Assembly (NCBI GenBank): GCA_045648785.1
Contig: JAZROP010000018.1
Coordinates: 4,311-68,310 of the forward strand
From: Clostridia bacterium
GTDB lineage: Bacteria; Bacillota; Clostridia; RUG12999
DNA: 64,000 nucleotides
Direction: 5' to 3'
This document shows, piece after piece, positions 48,425-59,695 of this stretch; the stretch's first letter is position 1, and each line of letters opens with the position of its first letter. A program made the translations under genes and the position numbers. The notes below the pieces were generated by a model that worked only from the letters and a program-made list of their open reading frames with translations, was not told the origin of the DNA and made no database searches.

Positions 48425-49447
48425 TTACATAATGATTTTATCACCAAGCTCAAGCGAGGGGTATGCATTGAGTCTGCCCGTTGCGAGGTTTTTATTTTTA
48501 TATTCATAATACCCTGCACAACATATCATTGCAGCATTGTCAGTACAAAGCACCGGTGGCGGATATAAAACTGAAATACCATCCTTGCTTGCAAGCATTT
48601 GAAGCTTGTCTCTTAAATATCCGTTGGATGCCACGCCCCCTGCCAGGCATATTTTTTTCACATTTTTCAGTTTGGCGGCATAAATGGTATTTTCCGCCAG
48701 AACATCAGTCACCGCCTCCTGAAAAGAAGCCGCAACATCATTTATATTAACTTTTTCATTTTTTTGCTCAGCGTGGTGTATATAGTTCATAACTGCCGTT
48801 TTTACACCGCTGAAGCTGAAATCCATCTTATTTTCAAACCGAACTCTGGGAAAAGATATTGCATCTTTATTTCCCTCTTTTGCCGCTTTTTCAACAAGCG
48901 GTCCACCAGGGTAACCAAGCCCGATTACTCTTGCAATCTTGTCAAACGCCTCTCCCGCTGCATCATCGCGCGTTCTGCCCATTATCTCGAACTTTCCGTA
49001 ATCGGTGACATGCACAATATGGCTGTGTCCGCCCGATGCCACAAGACATACAAAGGGCGGCTCAAGCTCCGAGTTTGCTATGTAGTTGGCGCAGATGTGC
49101 CCTTCAATATGGTGAACGGGTACAAGCGGTACTCCAAGCGAAAGTGCAAGTGCTTTTGCGTAAGACACCCCAACCAGAAGCGCACCGACAAGTCCCGGAC
49201 CTGCCGTAACCGCAACTGCATCAATATCTTTCATGGTAAGCCCGCTGTCATCCAGCGCTTTTCCCACCACCGCCGAAATGTTTTTCAAGTGGTGCCGGGA
49301 TGCAATTTCAGGTACAACTCCGCCATATTCTTTATGAATATCTATCTGCGTAGATATAATATTTGAGAGGATTTTCCTGCCACCACGGCTGACTGCTGCT
49401 GCAGTTTCGTCGCACGAGCTTTCAATCCCTAATATAATCGGTTCCAT
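48425..49447 (-). CDS. tsaD: t6A synthesis protein TsaD
   Basis: GIESSCDET; [12 protein letters not shown]; HHIEGH; SGGHS; [10 protein letters not shown]; TDNAAMI. Confidence 0.96.
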   Translation of the reverse strand: MEPIILGIESSCDETAAAVSRGGRKILSNIISTQIDIHKEYGGVVPEIASRHHLKNISAVVGKALDDSGLTMKDIDAVAVTAGPGLVGALLVGVSYAKALALSLGVPLVPVHHIEGHICANYIANSELEPPFVCLVASGGHSHIVHVTDYGKFEIMGRTRDDAAGEAFDKIARVIGLGYPGGPLVEKAAKEGNKDAISFPRVRFENKMDFSFSGVKTAVMNYIHHAEQKNEKVNINDVAASFQEAVTDVLAENTIYAAKLKNVKKICLAGGVASNGYLRDKLQMLASKDGISVLYPPPVLCTDNAAMICCAGYYEYKNKNLATGRLNAYPSLELGDKIIM

Positions 49448-49451
49448 ATTA

Positions 49452-50819
49452 TCACTTTCCTACACAAAAATCCTTGAAAATTCTGTCAACTATCTCTTCA
49501 GACACGCTCATTCCGGTAATTTCGCCCAGCGCCTCTGCCGCACCACTTAAATTCACCGCCATAAAATCTGCCGGAACTCCCATACGATAGTCGTTATATG
49601 CAGTTTCTATAAGTTTATATGCTTTTTTTGCCGCCGCAATGTGACGCACATTAGAAATCACAGCGCTTTCGCCACCTGCAATTTCCTGAAAATCAAACAT
49701 GTCTGAAATTGTTTTCTTTAGAGTTTCTATTCCTTCACCCGTTTTTGCAGAAATATATACCTTTTTAAAATCCTTTAAAAGTTCTTCATATTCATTTTCC
49801 GCCGACTGGTCTTTAATATCTGTTTTATTGAAAATAACAACTGTTTTTTTATCCTTTACGAGGTCAAGCACCTGCCTGTCCTCATCATTTATTTTCCTGC
49901 TCAGGTCGATAACAAAAAGTATCAGGTCAGCAGCATTTACCGCTTTCCCCGCAATCCCTACTCCGATTTTCTCCACCTCGTTATCCGTCTGACGAATTCC
50001 GGCGGTGTCAATAAGTTTTATAAGCGCGTGACCAAGCGTGATATATTCTTCAATACTGTCTCTCGTTGTGCCGGGAATATTTGTAACAATAGCTCTTTCT
50101 CTCCCCACAAGCATATTAAGAAGCGAAGACTTTCCTGTATTTGGTGTTCCTGCAATAACAGTTTTTATACCATCGCGGGCAAGCTCTCCGGATTTAGAAC
50201 TTTCAATAAGCTTTTTCAGCCTGTCCAGGCAAAGAGTGATTTTTTGTTCTATCACCTCATCCGAAATACCCGACACCCCCTCCTCAGGGAAATCCGCTTC
50301 CGCACTGAGCATAGCTGTCAGATAAACCACCTCATCACGAATTCGGTTGATTTCTGCAGAAAGTCTGCCCTCAAGCTGGTTTACGCCAACAGAAAGAGCT
50401 ATTTCACTCTCCGAATTTATTATATCAAGCACCGCTTCTGCCTGAGATAAATCCATTCTGCCGTTCAAAAAAGCTCTTTTCGTAAACTCTCCGGCAGTTG
50501 CATATCTTGCGCCCCTTTCCGTCAAAAGAAGAAGAATTTCTTTGACGGGAGTCATGCTACCGTGACAGCTTATCTCAACAACATTTTCGCCCGTATATGA
50601 ATGGGGTGCAAGCATAACCGTCACCACGGCATGGTCAATAATGCCGCCGTCAGGTCTTTTTAGTTTCACAAAATGCGCAGTATGGGATTTTGCTGCAAGA
50701 ATTTCCTGTCCGCAAACGGATGCAGAAATTTTCACCGCGTCCTCTCCGCTTACACGGATTACCGCTATGCCGCCCCTGCCGGGGACTGTCGCAAGTGCCG
50801 CTATTGTATCTTTTATCAT
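49452..50819 (-). CDS. mnmE: tRNA modification GTPase MnmE
   Basis: [14 protein letters not shown]; [11 protein letters not shown]; GTPNTGKSS; GTTRD; DTAG; FCVGK. Confidence 0.96.
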   Translation of the reverse strand: MIKDTIAALATVPGRGGIAVIRVSGEDAVKISASVCGQEILAAKSHTAHFVKLKRPDGGIIDHAVVTVMLAPHSYTGENVVEISCHGSMTPVKEILLLLTERGARYATAGEFTKRAFLNGRMDLSQAEAVLDIINSESEIALSVGVNQLEGRLSAEINRIRDEVVYLTAMLSAEADFPEEGVSGISDEVIEQKITLCLDRLKKLIESSKSGELARDGIKTVIAGTPNTGKSSLLNMLVGRERAIVTNIPGTTRDSIEEYITLGHALIKLIDTAGIRQTDNEVEKIGVGIAGKAVNAADLILFVIDLSRKINDEDRQVLDLVKDKKTVVIFNKTDIKDQSAENEYEELLKDFKKVYISAKTGEGIETLKKTISDMFDFQEIAGGESAVISNVRHIAAAKKAYKLIETAYNDYRMGVPADFMAVNLSGAAEALGEITGMSVSEEIVDRIFKDFCVGK

Positions 50820-50831
50820 TTTATTATCCTT

Positions 50832-51452
50832 TTACTCCACAGTAATATACTGTTTCATTTTTTCAAAAGTCTTTTCGCCAATGCCTGGAACATTCATAAT
50901 TTCTTCTATTGTCATAAAACCGCCGTATGAATTTCGGTAATTCACAATTTTCTCCGCCGTGGACTGACCGACTCCAGGAAGTCTCATAAGCTCAGATGCC
51001 GCTGCGGCATTAATATTTATCGTCCCTGCAGTTATTTTCTCCGGAGCAGTCACACTTTGTTGTGCCTCAGCACTTCCCGCTTTATACATATTCTGACTTG
51101 TTGCAGCAATCATTGGAGCAACCGTCTTTTCGCTGCCAACGGCAGGAATATCAATGGTTGTGCCGTCCGTTAAAATAGCTGCAAGATTAAGCTTTTCAAC
51201 ATCGGCATTTTCCGTCACACCGCCCGCAAGCTCCATAAGCTCACACAAACGGACATCTGCTCCGATTTTATAAAGTCCGGGAGATGCAATCTCTCCCCTT
51301 ATGTAAACCTTTATATCCGGCATAATAACCATTGCTTTAGTATCGCGTTCTGCATTGCAGCAGCTCATTGTAAATATAACAACAACCGCTGCAACCAGTG
51401 CACCTACTCCCGGCAAAAACAGACTTTTAAGAAAAGATTTCTTTTCATCCAT
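50832..51452 (-). CDS. comEA: ComEA-like DNA receptor (SLBB plus HhH)
   Basis: N-terminal TM; VYIRGEIASPGLY; LNLAA; ININAA..LPGVG..VPGIGEK. Confidence 0.88.
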   Translation of the reverse strand: MDEKKSFLKSLFLPGVGALVAAVVVIFTMSCCNAERDTKAMVIMPDIKVYIRGEIASPGLYKIGADVRLCELMELAGGVTENADVEKLNLAAILTDGTTIDIPAVGSEKTVAPMIAATSQNMYKAGSAEAQQSVTAPEKITAGTININAAAASELMRLPGVGQSTAEKIVNYRNSYGGFMTIEEIMNVPGIGEKTFEKMKQYITVE

Positions 51453-53863
51453 TATTTTACAACAATATTAACAAGTTTACCGGGAACACAAATAACTTTT
51501 ACAATTGTTTTTCCGCCTGCAATTTCTTCCAGCTTACCCGAAGCTTTTACTGCTTCTTCCATTGCCGCTCTGTCAAGACCTGACGGAATATTCATTTTTT
51601 CTGCAATTTTACCATTAACCTGCAGAACAATTTCAATCTCTTCATCAACAGTTTTTGCCTCGTCATATTCGGGCCATGGTCTGTATGCAAGTTCACCTTC
51701 AAAACCTGCCATAGCCCACATTTCTTCTGTTATATGAGGTGCAACAGGGTTTAAAAGTTGCAGGAATGTTTTAAGTTCCCCTTTTGTGATTTTACCAAGC
51801 TTATTGAAATCGTTAACGAGCGCCATAAGTGTCGCAATGGCTGTATTAAACTTCATTCTTTCAATATCCTCGCCAACTTTTTTAACCGCTTTATGCATAG
51901 CAGATTCCATTTCAGGTGAATAATTCATATCATCTTTCAGCATAAACTGTAGTGCCCAAACTCTCTCAAGGAATCTGTAGCAGCCTTTTACTCCCTGCAT
52001 TGACCACGGTGTTGCCTGGTCAAACGCACCGATAAACATTTCATATGTTCTGAATGTATCTGCACCATATTCATCAACAATCTCGTCCGGATTTATAACA
52101 TTTCCTCTTGATTTGGACATTTTTTCTCCGTTTTCACCGAGAATCATACCGTGCGATGTTCTCTTTGCATAAGGCTCACTTGTGGAAACCACGCCGATAT
52201 CATAGAGGAATTTATGCCAGAATCTGGAGTATAAGAGGTGAAGAGTTGTATGTTCCATACCACCATTATACCAGTCAACCGGCATCCAGTAGTCTATATT
52301 TTCTTTGGAAGCAAAAGCCTCACTGTTATGTGCATCTGTATATCTGAGGAAATACCAGGATGAACCTGCCCACTGAGGCATTGTGTCAGTTTCTCTTGTA
52401 GCAGGACCGCCGCAGTGAGGACAAGTTGTTTTTACCCAGTCTTCCATTTTAGCAAGCGGAGATTCGCCATTTTCGCCCGGTTCAAAATTTTCTGTGTCGG
52501 GCAATGTGAGAGGCAGATTTTCTTCTCCGATTGATACCCAACCACACTTATCACACCAAACAAGCGGAATGGGTTCGCCCCAGTATCTCTGACGGGAGAA
52601 CACCCAATCACGCAGTTTAAAATTGATTTTTCTATTACCAAGACCTTTTTCCTCAAGCCAGTCTATCATTGCAGGTATAGCTTCTTTAACATTTTTACCT
52701 GTGAGGAATCCTGAGTTAACCATTGTTCCGTTTGCAACATCGGTGAAAGCTTCTTCCTGAACATTTTCGCCACCACCAACAACCTCAATGATTGGCAGAC
52801 CAAATTTTTTTGCAAATTCGTGGTCACGGGTGTCATGTGCGGGAACCGCCATGATAGCACCTGTACCGTAAGTAGTAAGTACATAATCGGAAATCCATAC
52901 CGGTATTTTCGTGCCGTTTACAGGATTGACGGCTTTTATTCCTTTAAGTTCAACACCTGTTTTATCTTTTGCAAGTTCAGTTCTTTCAAATTCTGTTTTC
53001 TTTGCCGCTTCGTTTACATAATTTAAGACTTCGTTATAATTTTCTATTGAATCTTTTAATTTTTCTAGCAGCATATGTTCAGGCGAAAGAACCACATATG
53101 TTGCACCAAAGAGTGTATCGGGGCGTGTGGTATAAACGAGGATTGTATCTTCTTTTCCGTCTATGCCGAAAGTTACTTCTGCACCTTCTGAGCGTCCAAT
53201 CCAGTTTTTCTGCTGAGTTTTAATTTTTTCTAGGAAATCGGTATCATCAACATCACTTGAAAGTCTGTCGGCATATTCTGTGATTTTCAGCATCCACTGG
53301 GATTTTTTCTTCTGAACAACCTCGCTGCCGCAGCGTTCACAAACGCCGCCCACAACTTCTTCGTTTGCAAGGCCAACCTTACAACCTGTACACCAGTTGA
53401 TAGGCATTTCCTGCTTATATGCAAGACCTTTTTCAAAAAGTTTTAAGAAAATCCACTGAGTCCATTTATAATATTCCGGGTCTGTGGTATTGATTTCGCG
53501 GGTCCAGTCAAAGGAGAATCCAAGGCTCTGGAGTTGGCGTTTAAAGTTTGCTACATTGTTTTCTGTAACCTTTGCCGGATGAATTTTATTTTTTATAGCA
53601 AAGTTTTCTGTAGGCAGACCAAACGCATCCCATCCCATAGGATAAAGTACATTGTAGCCGTCCATTCTGCGTTTTCTTGCTAATATATCCATAGCTGTGT
53701 AGCTTCTTGGATGACCAACATGAAGTCCCTGTCCTGACGGATATGGGAATTCTACCAGTGCAAAAAACTTCTCCTTGGTTTTGTCATTCGATGCAGCAAA
53801 GGTATTCTCCGCATACCATTTGTCCTGCCATTTTTTCTCAATTCTTTTATAATCGTAACTCAT
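51452..53863 (-). CDS. leuS: Leucyl-tRNA synthetase
   Basis: FPYPSG.GLHVGH; [12 protein letters not shown]; SRQRYWG; KMSKSRGN. Confidence 0.97.
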   Translation of the reverse strand: MSYDYKRIEKKWQDKWYAENTFAASNDKTKEKFFALVEFPYPSGQGLHVGHPRSYTAMDILARKRRMDGYNVLYPMGWDAFGLPTENFAIKNKIHPAKVTENNVANFKRQLQSLGFSFDWTREINTTDPEYYKWTQWIFLKLFEKGLAYKQEMPINWCTGCKVGLANEEVVGGVCERCGSEVVQKKKSQWMLKITEYADRLSSDVDDTDFLEKIKTQQKNWIGRSEGAEVTFGIDGKEDTILVYTTRPDTLFGATYVVLSPEHMLLEKLKDSIENYNEVLNYVNEAAKKTEFERTELAKDKTGVELKGIKAVNPVNGTKIPVWISDYVLTTYGTGAIMAVPAHDTRDHEFAKKFGLPIIEVVGGGENVQEEAFTDVANGTMVNSGFLTGKNVKEAIPAMIDWLEEKGLGNRKINFKLRDWVFSRQRYWGEPIPLVWCDKCGWVSIGEENLPLTLPDTENFEPGENGESPLAKMEDWVKTTCPHCGGPATRETDTMPQWAGSSWYFLRYTDAHNSEAFASKENIDYWMPVDWYNGGMEHTTLHLLYSRFWHKFLYDIGVVSTSEPYAKRTSHGMILGENGEKMSKSRGNVINPDEIVDEYGADTFRTYEMFIGAFDQATPWSMQGVKGCYRFLERVWALQFMLKDDMNYSPEMESAMHKAVKKVGEDIERMKFNTAIATLMALVNDFNKLGKITKGELKTFLQLLNPVAPHITEEMWAMAGFEGELAYRPWPEYDEAKTVDEEIEIVLQVNGKIAEKMNIPSGLDRAAMEEAVKASGKLEEIAGGKTIVKVICVPGKLVNIVVK

Positions 53864-53868
53864 AATCC

Positions 53869-54240
53869 TTATTCCTCCAAAAATGATAAATCTATTTCAG
53901 GGGCATCTGCCCAAAGTCGTTCAAGCCCGTAAAAATCAAGACCTTCTTTATTAAATATATGGATAACCACATTGCCGTAATCCATGAGTAACCAGTTTGC
54001 GGCATTGTACCCCTCATTTCTACATTTTATATCATACGCCTCTGCAATCTTAAGCTCTGTTTCATCACAAAGTGCTTTAATATGTGGAGTAGATGTGCCA
54101 CAACATATTACAAAATAATCACATATGCTGGTAAGCTCTTTTATTTCAAGCACTTTAAGCTCCGAAGCTTTTTTTGCATTTAAAATTTCAGCCGCTTTAA
54201 GTGCAAGTTCTTTTGATGTTATTTGTGTCAATTTTTTCAC
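53869..54240 (-). CDS. rsfS: Ribosome silencing factor
   Basis: KKA; DYFVIC; [13 protein letters not shown]; FYGLERLW. Confidence 0.93.
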   Translation of the reverse strand: MKKLTQITSKELALKAAEILNAKKASELKVLEIKELTSICDYFVICCGTSTPHIKALCDETELKIAEAYDIKCRNEGYNAANWLLMDYGNVVIHIFNKEGLDFYGLERLWADAPEIDLSFLEE

Positions 54241-54244
54241 CTCT

Positions 54245-55951
54245 TTATCTGCTCATTGCGCCTGACCCCGAATTCTCGCCCGAAGGCCGGGGAACACCCT
54301 CATCCCGCCTTGCTGCAGTTGAACTACTGCTGTCTCTCGGCGGCGACGGCTTATCGTTCTCTTCACTCCTTGCTGCCGAAGAAGATTGAGGCGGCCTGTT
54401 CTCATTACTGTTTGTTTCCGGTTGCTGTGGCTCAGCCTGCACCGGCTGAACGACAATTTTTTTCATTTTTGCCATTGTTGCCTGGGTAGCATAGAAATAA
54501 TTTTGCGCAATTTCTCTTGCTCCGTCATAGTCCACCACAAAATATGAGCCGCCCGGCAAATTTGCTGCCTCGCCCGGAGTATTCACAAACTCAACTGCAT
54601 CATTTTCTGCTGTTAAAACAGCCGTGCAGTAATTATATATTTCATCAAATGTCAAATCTGTTTTTAAGTTTTCCTGAGCAATTTTTATAAGATCATCAAT
54701 ATTGGAGAGACTTTCCAAACTTATCATTTGTTTTACAGTTGCCATGATAAATTCACGCTGAGCTTCCATACGCTGCAGGTCACCTCTCGGATAACCCGAG
54801 CCGTCGTTATTCTGCCTGAATCTGACAAACTGCTCTGCCTTTTTCCCGTTAAGCACCTGATTGCCTTTTAAAATATAAATATGGAAATCCTGGTAAGGGT
54901 CGTCATATATCATATTAATGGGAACATTCATCTCAACGCCGCCAATTGCATCTATCATCAGCCTGAAGGCATCAAGGTTAACCTCAACATACTTATGGAT
55001 TTGTATGCCATACGCCATCTGAACCTCCCTTTTAAGCTGGTCAAGCCCAGAATAATATGCAGAATTGAGCTTTTTATCTCTACGCCCGTTGTTATGAACA
55101 TATGTGTCTCTCGGAAGCTGCATAATATATGCCTTGTCCTGATTAATATCATAGGTTGCTACCATCATGGTATCTGTACGATAACCATCCTTATCAACGC
55201 CTACAAGCAATACATTGGTATAAGCAAGGGGTTCTCCTGCATTTATTACCGGGGACATAATCTGTGTCATACCACGCGCAACCCCATGTTCCATCAGCAC
55301 AGGCATAATCCCCACAGTAAGGGTTATAATGCAGGCAATTATCATAAAAATGCTGCTCATCAATACCGGTGGCCAAAGTCTGCCACCTGTTGTTTTTTGA
55401 CGAACAATTTCCTGCTTCTGCTTATTTTCTTTTGGAGTTACCTCAATCATTGGTACTACCGTGGTAGCGTCCAAATCATCTTTATCTTCAGTTGTTGTAG
55501 CAGGAATTACAACAGTCGCTTCTGTATCTACAGGTTTTCCTTCCTTTAATACCCTTGGAACAACCATTGTTGCCTGAACATCAGCAACTTTTTCCTCTTT
55601 CTCTTCAGACACAGTTTGAACAACAATTGTGTCATCCGGCTTTATTTCAGGTTGAGGCTCTATCTCCGCCACCTGCTCACTCTCTTTTTTATATTCTTCC
55701 TGTTGCGAAGTTGTTTGAGGAATTATTTCTTCCTCCGACTTGTCTGAAATTATCAGCATTTCCGGCATGCTGTCCGCTTCCCGAAGGCTTTTTGCTATTG
55801 AATCAAGAATACTTTCGGACGGACCGCCGGAATTTAAATGCCACGGGTCATAAATTCCTCCCGCAGGCTCCTTTTTAGCACTCCCAACTGCCGGAACTTC
55901 CATGGTTCTCTGCCAGTCCTCAGAGTTATAAATTTCTTTGTCTTCTTTCAT
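54245..55951 (-). CDS. LCP (LytR-CpsA-Psr) family protein with a long disordered N-terminal cytoplasmic region
   Basis: NVLLVGVD..RTDTMM; LPRDTYV; KLNSAY; IDAIGGV; FVRFR; GDLQRMEAQ. Confidence 0.9.
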   Translation of the reverse strand: MKEDKEIYNSEDWQRTMEVPAVGSAKKEPAGGIYDPWHLNSGGPSESILDSIAKSLREADSMPEMLIISDKSEEEIIPQTTSQQEEYKKESEQVAEIEPQPEIKPDDTIVVQTVSEEKEEKVADVQATMVVPRVLKEGKPVDTEATVVIPATTTEDKDDLDATTVVPMIEVTPKENKQKQEIVRQKTTGGRLWPPVLMSSIFMIIACIITLTVGIMPVLMEHGVARGMTQIMSPVINAGEPLAYTNVLLVGVDKDGYRTDTMMVATYDINQDKAYIMQLPRDTYVHNNGRRDKKLNSAYYSGLDQLKREVQMAYGIQIHKYVEVNLDAFRLMIDAIGGVEMNVPINMIYDDPYQDFHIYILKGNQVLNGKKAEQFVRFRQNNDGSGYPRGDLQRMEAQREFIMATVKQMISLESLSNIDDLIKIAQENLKTDLTFDEIYNYCTAVLTAENDAVEFVNTPGEAANLPGGSYFVVDYDGAREIAQNYFYATQATMAKMKKIVVQPVQAEPQQPETNSNENRPPQSSSAARSEENDKPSPPRDSSSSTAARRDEGVPRPSGENSGSGAMSR

Positions 55952-55952
55952 T

Positions 55953-56564
55953 TTATCTCCGTTCTGCCGCAGATGTAGCGGCTTTGGTCCGCAGAATTTC
56001 ATTTCTGAGTTCTACCGAACCCGGGTGAATAATAAGATTTCTGTCAATAATTGATTTTAGCGATTTGTTGACCGCAATCAAAATTGCCCCGTCCAAATCC
56101 CTTTTTGCAATTTCTCTGGTGTCCTTTGCCCAGTCAAACTCACTGTCACGGTTCACCTCTATACAATCGGTAAGAAAAATTATCTTTTCAAGCAGAGACA
56201 TTTTTTCTTTGCCTATTGTATGATAAAAAACCGCACTTGCAATTTCATCGTCCAAGCCAAGTGTCTCACTGACATATACAGCTCCGGCAGGTCCGTGCCA
56301 GAGTGCCTTGTTATTAAAAACGATTTCATCCGGCTCTTTGCTTTGGTATGCCTTTTTCATCAGGCGCAGCTGCTCATCTTTAGGAAGCTGTTTTGCAGCA
56401 TCATGCACAAGTCCTGCTACCGCAGCTTTTTCGGTATCAACGCCATAAATACCGGCAAGAAGAGCCGAAAGCTCCATAACCCCAAGGCTGTGTCTGAATC
56501 GTTCCTCATTCATCAGCCCGGATATATGATTTTTAAGACTTTCCATGTCAAACATCAGTTTCAC
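55953..56564 (-). CDS. yqeK: Ap4A hydrolase YqeK (HD domain)
   Basis: RFRHSLGV; GLVHDAAK; WHGPAGA; YHTIG; IFLTD.IE. Confidence 0.9.
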   Translation of the reverse strand: MKLMFDMESLKNHISGLMNEERFRHSLGVMELSALLAGIYGVDTEKAAVAGLVHDAAKQLPKDEQLRLMKKAYQSKEPDEIVFNNKALWHGPAGAVYVSETLGLDDEIASAVFYHTIGKEKMSLLEKIIFLTDCIEVNRDSEFDWAKDTREIAKRDLDGAILIAVNKSLKSIIDRNLIIHPGSVELRNEILRTKAATSAAERR

Positions 56565-57142
56565 CTGTATAGATTTTTTTCTTTTATATATTCAGCCGTT
56601 TCAGGCTCCAACATATCTGTCGGCATTTGTCCCGACAATATCATATTCCTTACTTCGGTTGAGGAAACATCAAAATAATCGCAGTTTAAAAATATTATTT
56701 GTGCGCCAAATTTTTCTCGCATAAAATGGGCTTTTTCATCTGCTATTCCGCTGCGTCTTGCTACAACCACTTTGCATTTTTCAAAAATTCTCTCGGGCTG
56801 ATACCATTTGTCCATATAATCAAGGCTGTCGCCCCCGACTATAAGATAAAACTCATCCTCAGGATATTCCGAGGTAAAATACTCAAGTAAATCAGCAGTG
56901 TAACAATTACCCTTTTTTTCAGCCTCGTAGCAGGAAAGTTCAAAGCCAAACCTTTCACACAAGGCGTGGCACATATTAACCCTGTCGGAAGGGTTTGCCG
57001 ATATATTTGGTTTATGAGGCGCTTGCCCGGTAGGAACCATTATAACTCTATCAAGATTAAGTTCCTTTTTAGCAGCAAGCATTATTTTAATATGTCCTTT
57101 ATGCGGAGGGTCAAAGCTTCCGCCAAAAATCCCCGTCCTCAT
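56561..57142 (-). CDS. nadD: Nicotinate-nucleotide adenylyltransferase
   Basis: GIFGGSFDPPHKGH; APHK; GGDS; W; SSTEVR. Confidence 0.93.
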   Translation of the reverse strand: MRTGIFGGSFDPPHKGHIKIMLAAKKELNLDRVIMVPTGQAPHKPNISANPSDRVNMCHALCERFGFELSCYEAEKKGNCYTADLLEYFTSEYPEDEFYLIVGGDSLDYMDKWYQPERIFEKCKVVVARRSGIADEKAHFMREKFGAQIIFLNCDYFDVSSTEVRNMILSGQMPTDMLEPETAEYIKEKNLYR

Positions 57143-58413
57143 CAGTAAACAAAATCAAATTCGATGTCATACATTCTGACAGTATCATTTTCCTGAATAC
57201 CTTTTTCTTCAAGAGCCGCAATTATCCCCTTGCGTTTGAGCGCTGTCTGGAAATGCTGAACCGATTCGTTATCATCAAAGTTTGTGGAGTCTATGAGATA
57301 TTCAATATATCCGCCCTCCACAACATATACACCATTTTCCACAGTAACTGTAAAGTCATCCGTTTTATTATCCACCTCAGGAACAACTTCTATCACATCA
57401 TAAAGCGGTTCTTTGGGAATATTTTCAAGCTCGCGGTAAACATATTTCATAAGGTCTGCAACGCCGCTGCCGGTAGCTGCAGAAATTTCAAACACCGGAT
57501 AACCGCGCTTTTTCATTTCAGCTATAAACTCATCCTTAATCTCGCCATTCATTCCAAGGTCAGTTTTGTTAGCAACAACAATCTGCTTTCTCTCTGCAAG
57601 CTTTTCGCTGTGTTTTTTCAGCTCTGTATTTATAGTGTCAAAATCCTCTATGGGGTTTCTGCCCTCAATTGAGCAGGCGTCCACCACATGAATAAGAAGT
57701 CTTGTTCTTTCAACATGGCGGAGAAACGCATGCCCGAGGCCTACACCCTCGCTCGCCCCCTCGATAAGTCCAGGGATATCCGCTATTACAAAGCTTGCGC
57801 CCTCACCAATTTTAACAACGCCAAGGTTTGGAACAAGCGTAGTAAAATGATAATCTGCAATTTTGGGCTGAGCATCGCTAACTTTGGATAAAAGTGTTGA
57901 TTTACCCACATTAGGAAATCCTAAAAGACCTACATCCGCAAGAAGCTTAAGCTCTAAAACAACCTCAAGTTCCTGCCCTTTAAGCCCGGGTTTTGCAAAT
58001 TTGGGAACCTGACGAGTAGGAGTTGCAAAATGAACATTGCCAAAACCGCCACTACCACCTTTTGCAGCAACAAATTCTTCTCCGTCATAGGTTAGGTCAG
58101 CAATAACGCCTCCCGTTGCTGCATTTTTTATAACAGTGCCGCACGGTACCTTAATTACAATATCTTCTCCGTTTTTTCCACGACATTTTGCAGGTCTGCC
58201 ATCCTCACCGTTTTGTGCTTTATATTTTCTTTTATATCTGAAATCCATAAGTGTTGCAAGCTGAGCGTCTGCACGGAAAACCACATTGCCGCCCTTTCCG
58301 CCGTCACCGCCGTCAGGACCGCCCGCCGCCACATATTTTTCCCTGTGAAAAGATACATGACCGTTGCCGCCTTTGCCTGCTTCAATGTAAATTTTTGCTG
58401 AATCTACAAACAT
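57142..58413 (-). CDS. obgE: GTPase ObgE with OCT domain
   Basis: Gly-rich Obg fold; LKLLADVGLLGFPNVGKST; YHFTT; DIPG; NKTD. Confidence 0.97.
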   Translation of the reverse strand: MFVDSAKIYIEAGKGGNGHVSFHREKYVAAGGPDGGDGGKGGNVVFRADAQLATLMDFRYKRKYKAQNGEDGRPAKCRGKNGEDIVIKVPCGTVIKNAATGGVIADLTYDGEEFVAAKGGSGGFGNVHFATPTRQVPKFAKPGLKGQELEVVLELKLLADVGLLGFPNVGKSTLLSKVSDAQPKIADYHFTTLVPNLGVVKIGEGASFVIADIPGLIEGASEGVGLGHAFLRHVERTRLLIHVVDACSIEGRNPIEDFDTINTELKKHSEKLAERKQIVVANKTDLGMNGEIKDEFIAEMKKRGYPVFEISAATGSGVADLMKYVYRELENIPKEPLYDVIEVVPEVDNKTDDFTVTVENGVYVVEGGYIEYLIDSTNFDDNESVQHFQTALKRKGIIAALEEKGIQENDTVRMYDIEFDFVY

Positions 58414-58668
58414 ATGTGTCCATAGCCTTTCTTTTATATTGGTAAAAATGCATATTTTATCCCATTTTCCTTATAATTTTATCATTTTTAAGCAAATAAT
58501 AATATATGCAATTTACACATAAATTATGGTCTGTTTTTGTATGGTTTTATTAATATTTTCTTTTCACTAAACTTCCTGCCTTCAAACGAAATAATCTATA
58601 TTACCTCAAAAAACAAAGAAAATCAAAGAAAAATAAATCTATTTTCAAAATTAAACCTATTTTAAACT

Positions 58669-58723
58669 TTGAAAATTTACCAATTTATGGCTATAATTTA
58701 GACAAAGGTCAAAGTTAGTCAAA
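58669..58723 (+). promoter_or_regulatory. sigmaA promoter plus CtsR box
   Basis: TTGAAA-17-TATAAT (58669-58697); GGTCAAA-GTT-AGTCAAA direct heptad repeat at 58707-58723. Confidence 0.8.
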
Positions 58724-58741
58724 GTCGAAAAAGGGAGAAAG

Positions 58742-59191
58742 ATGATGAATATTTCCGATATTATAGAAGCTTTTATAAATGACCGTCTCAAAGACGAGGA
58801 TGGTCGCACCGAGATTAGGCGTAACGAACTTGCCGAACATCTCGGGTGCGTTCCGTCGCAGATTAATTATGTTATATCCACCCGGTTCACCACTGAGCGC
58901 GGATATACTGTCGAAAGTCGACGGGGAGGCGGCGGATATATATCCATAAAAAAAGTTGTTTATCCGACAGATAATACCATTATGCATGTGGTTAATTCCA
59001 TTGGAAAAAGCATTGATTTTGACTCGGCAAAGGCAATAATCCGCAATCTGTGGGAATATGATGTTATAACCCGCCGAGAAGCGGAAATAATGATGTCTGT
59101 ACTTACCGATCGCGTTATTCCTCTCCCTCGTGATCAGCGCGGACTTCTCCGCGCAAGACTTTTTAAAAATATGCTTATGCAGCTGAATTAG
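58742..59191 (+). CDS. ctsR: Class III heat-shock repressor
   Basis: NISDIIEAFI; CVPSQINYV..RF; VESRRGGGGY. Confidence 0.95.
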   Translation: MMNISDIIEAFINDRLKDEDGRTEIRRNELAEHLGCVPSQINYVISTRFTTERGYTVESRRGGGGYISIKKVVYPTDNTIMHVVNSIGKSIDFDSAKAIIRNLWEYDVITRREAEIMMSVLTDRVIPLPRDQRGLLRARLFKNMLMQLN

Positions 59192-59203
59192 GAGTGTGAT
59201 ATT

Positions 59204-59695
59204 ATGATTTGTCCAAGATGTTTAAAACGCGAGGCAAGTGTTCATATTTCGCGTAATATAAATGGAAAAAAAGAAGAATTTACAGTTTGCGAAAAATGTG
59301 CCAGAGAAATGGGTTTTTTCGGAAACAATGATTTACTTTTTAACATCAGTGATTTTATGAGTGGTCTAATGGGTAAAGGCATAAGCCCCGCCCTGTCCGA
59401 AGAAAAAATTTGTCCTTCTTGTGGCATGAGCATTGGCGAGCTTGCCAAAACCTCAAAACTTGGTTGCAGCAAATGTTATGAGTTTTTCGATAGCTATCTT
59501 GAACCCGTAATGAAGCGTATCCACGGAAACACGCGTCATGTGGGAAAATTGCCCCAAAACGCGGACGAAAACTTTAAAAAAGAGCGTCAGCTTTCTTCTT
59601 TGAAGGAAGAACTTAAATCTGCCGTCGCCCGTGAAGACTATGAACAGGCGGCTCTGCTTCGGGATAAAATAAAGGAAATGGAGAGTGAAAAATAA
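59204..59695 (+). CDS. mcsA: McsA (CXXC motifs plus UVR domain)
   Basis: Four CXXC motifs; IHG..HVGK; EDYEQAALLRD. Confidence 0.93.
   Translation: MICPRCLKREASVHISRNINGKKEEFTVCEKCAREMGFFGNNDLLFNISDFMSGLMGKGISPALSEEKICPSCGMSIGELAKTSKLGCSKCYEFFDSYLEPVMKRIHGNTRHVGKLPQNADENFKKERQLSSLKEELKSAVAREDYEQAALLRDKIKEMESEK

Noticed and set aside
58414-58668. Hidden ncRNA or repeat in the AT-rich obgE-ctsR gap
   Set aside because: No GC-rich stems or periodic repeats; consistent with divergent promoter DNA.
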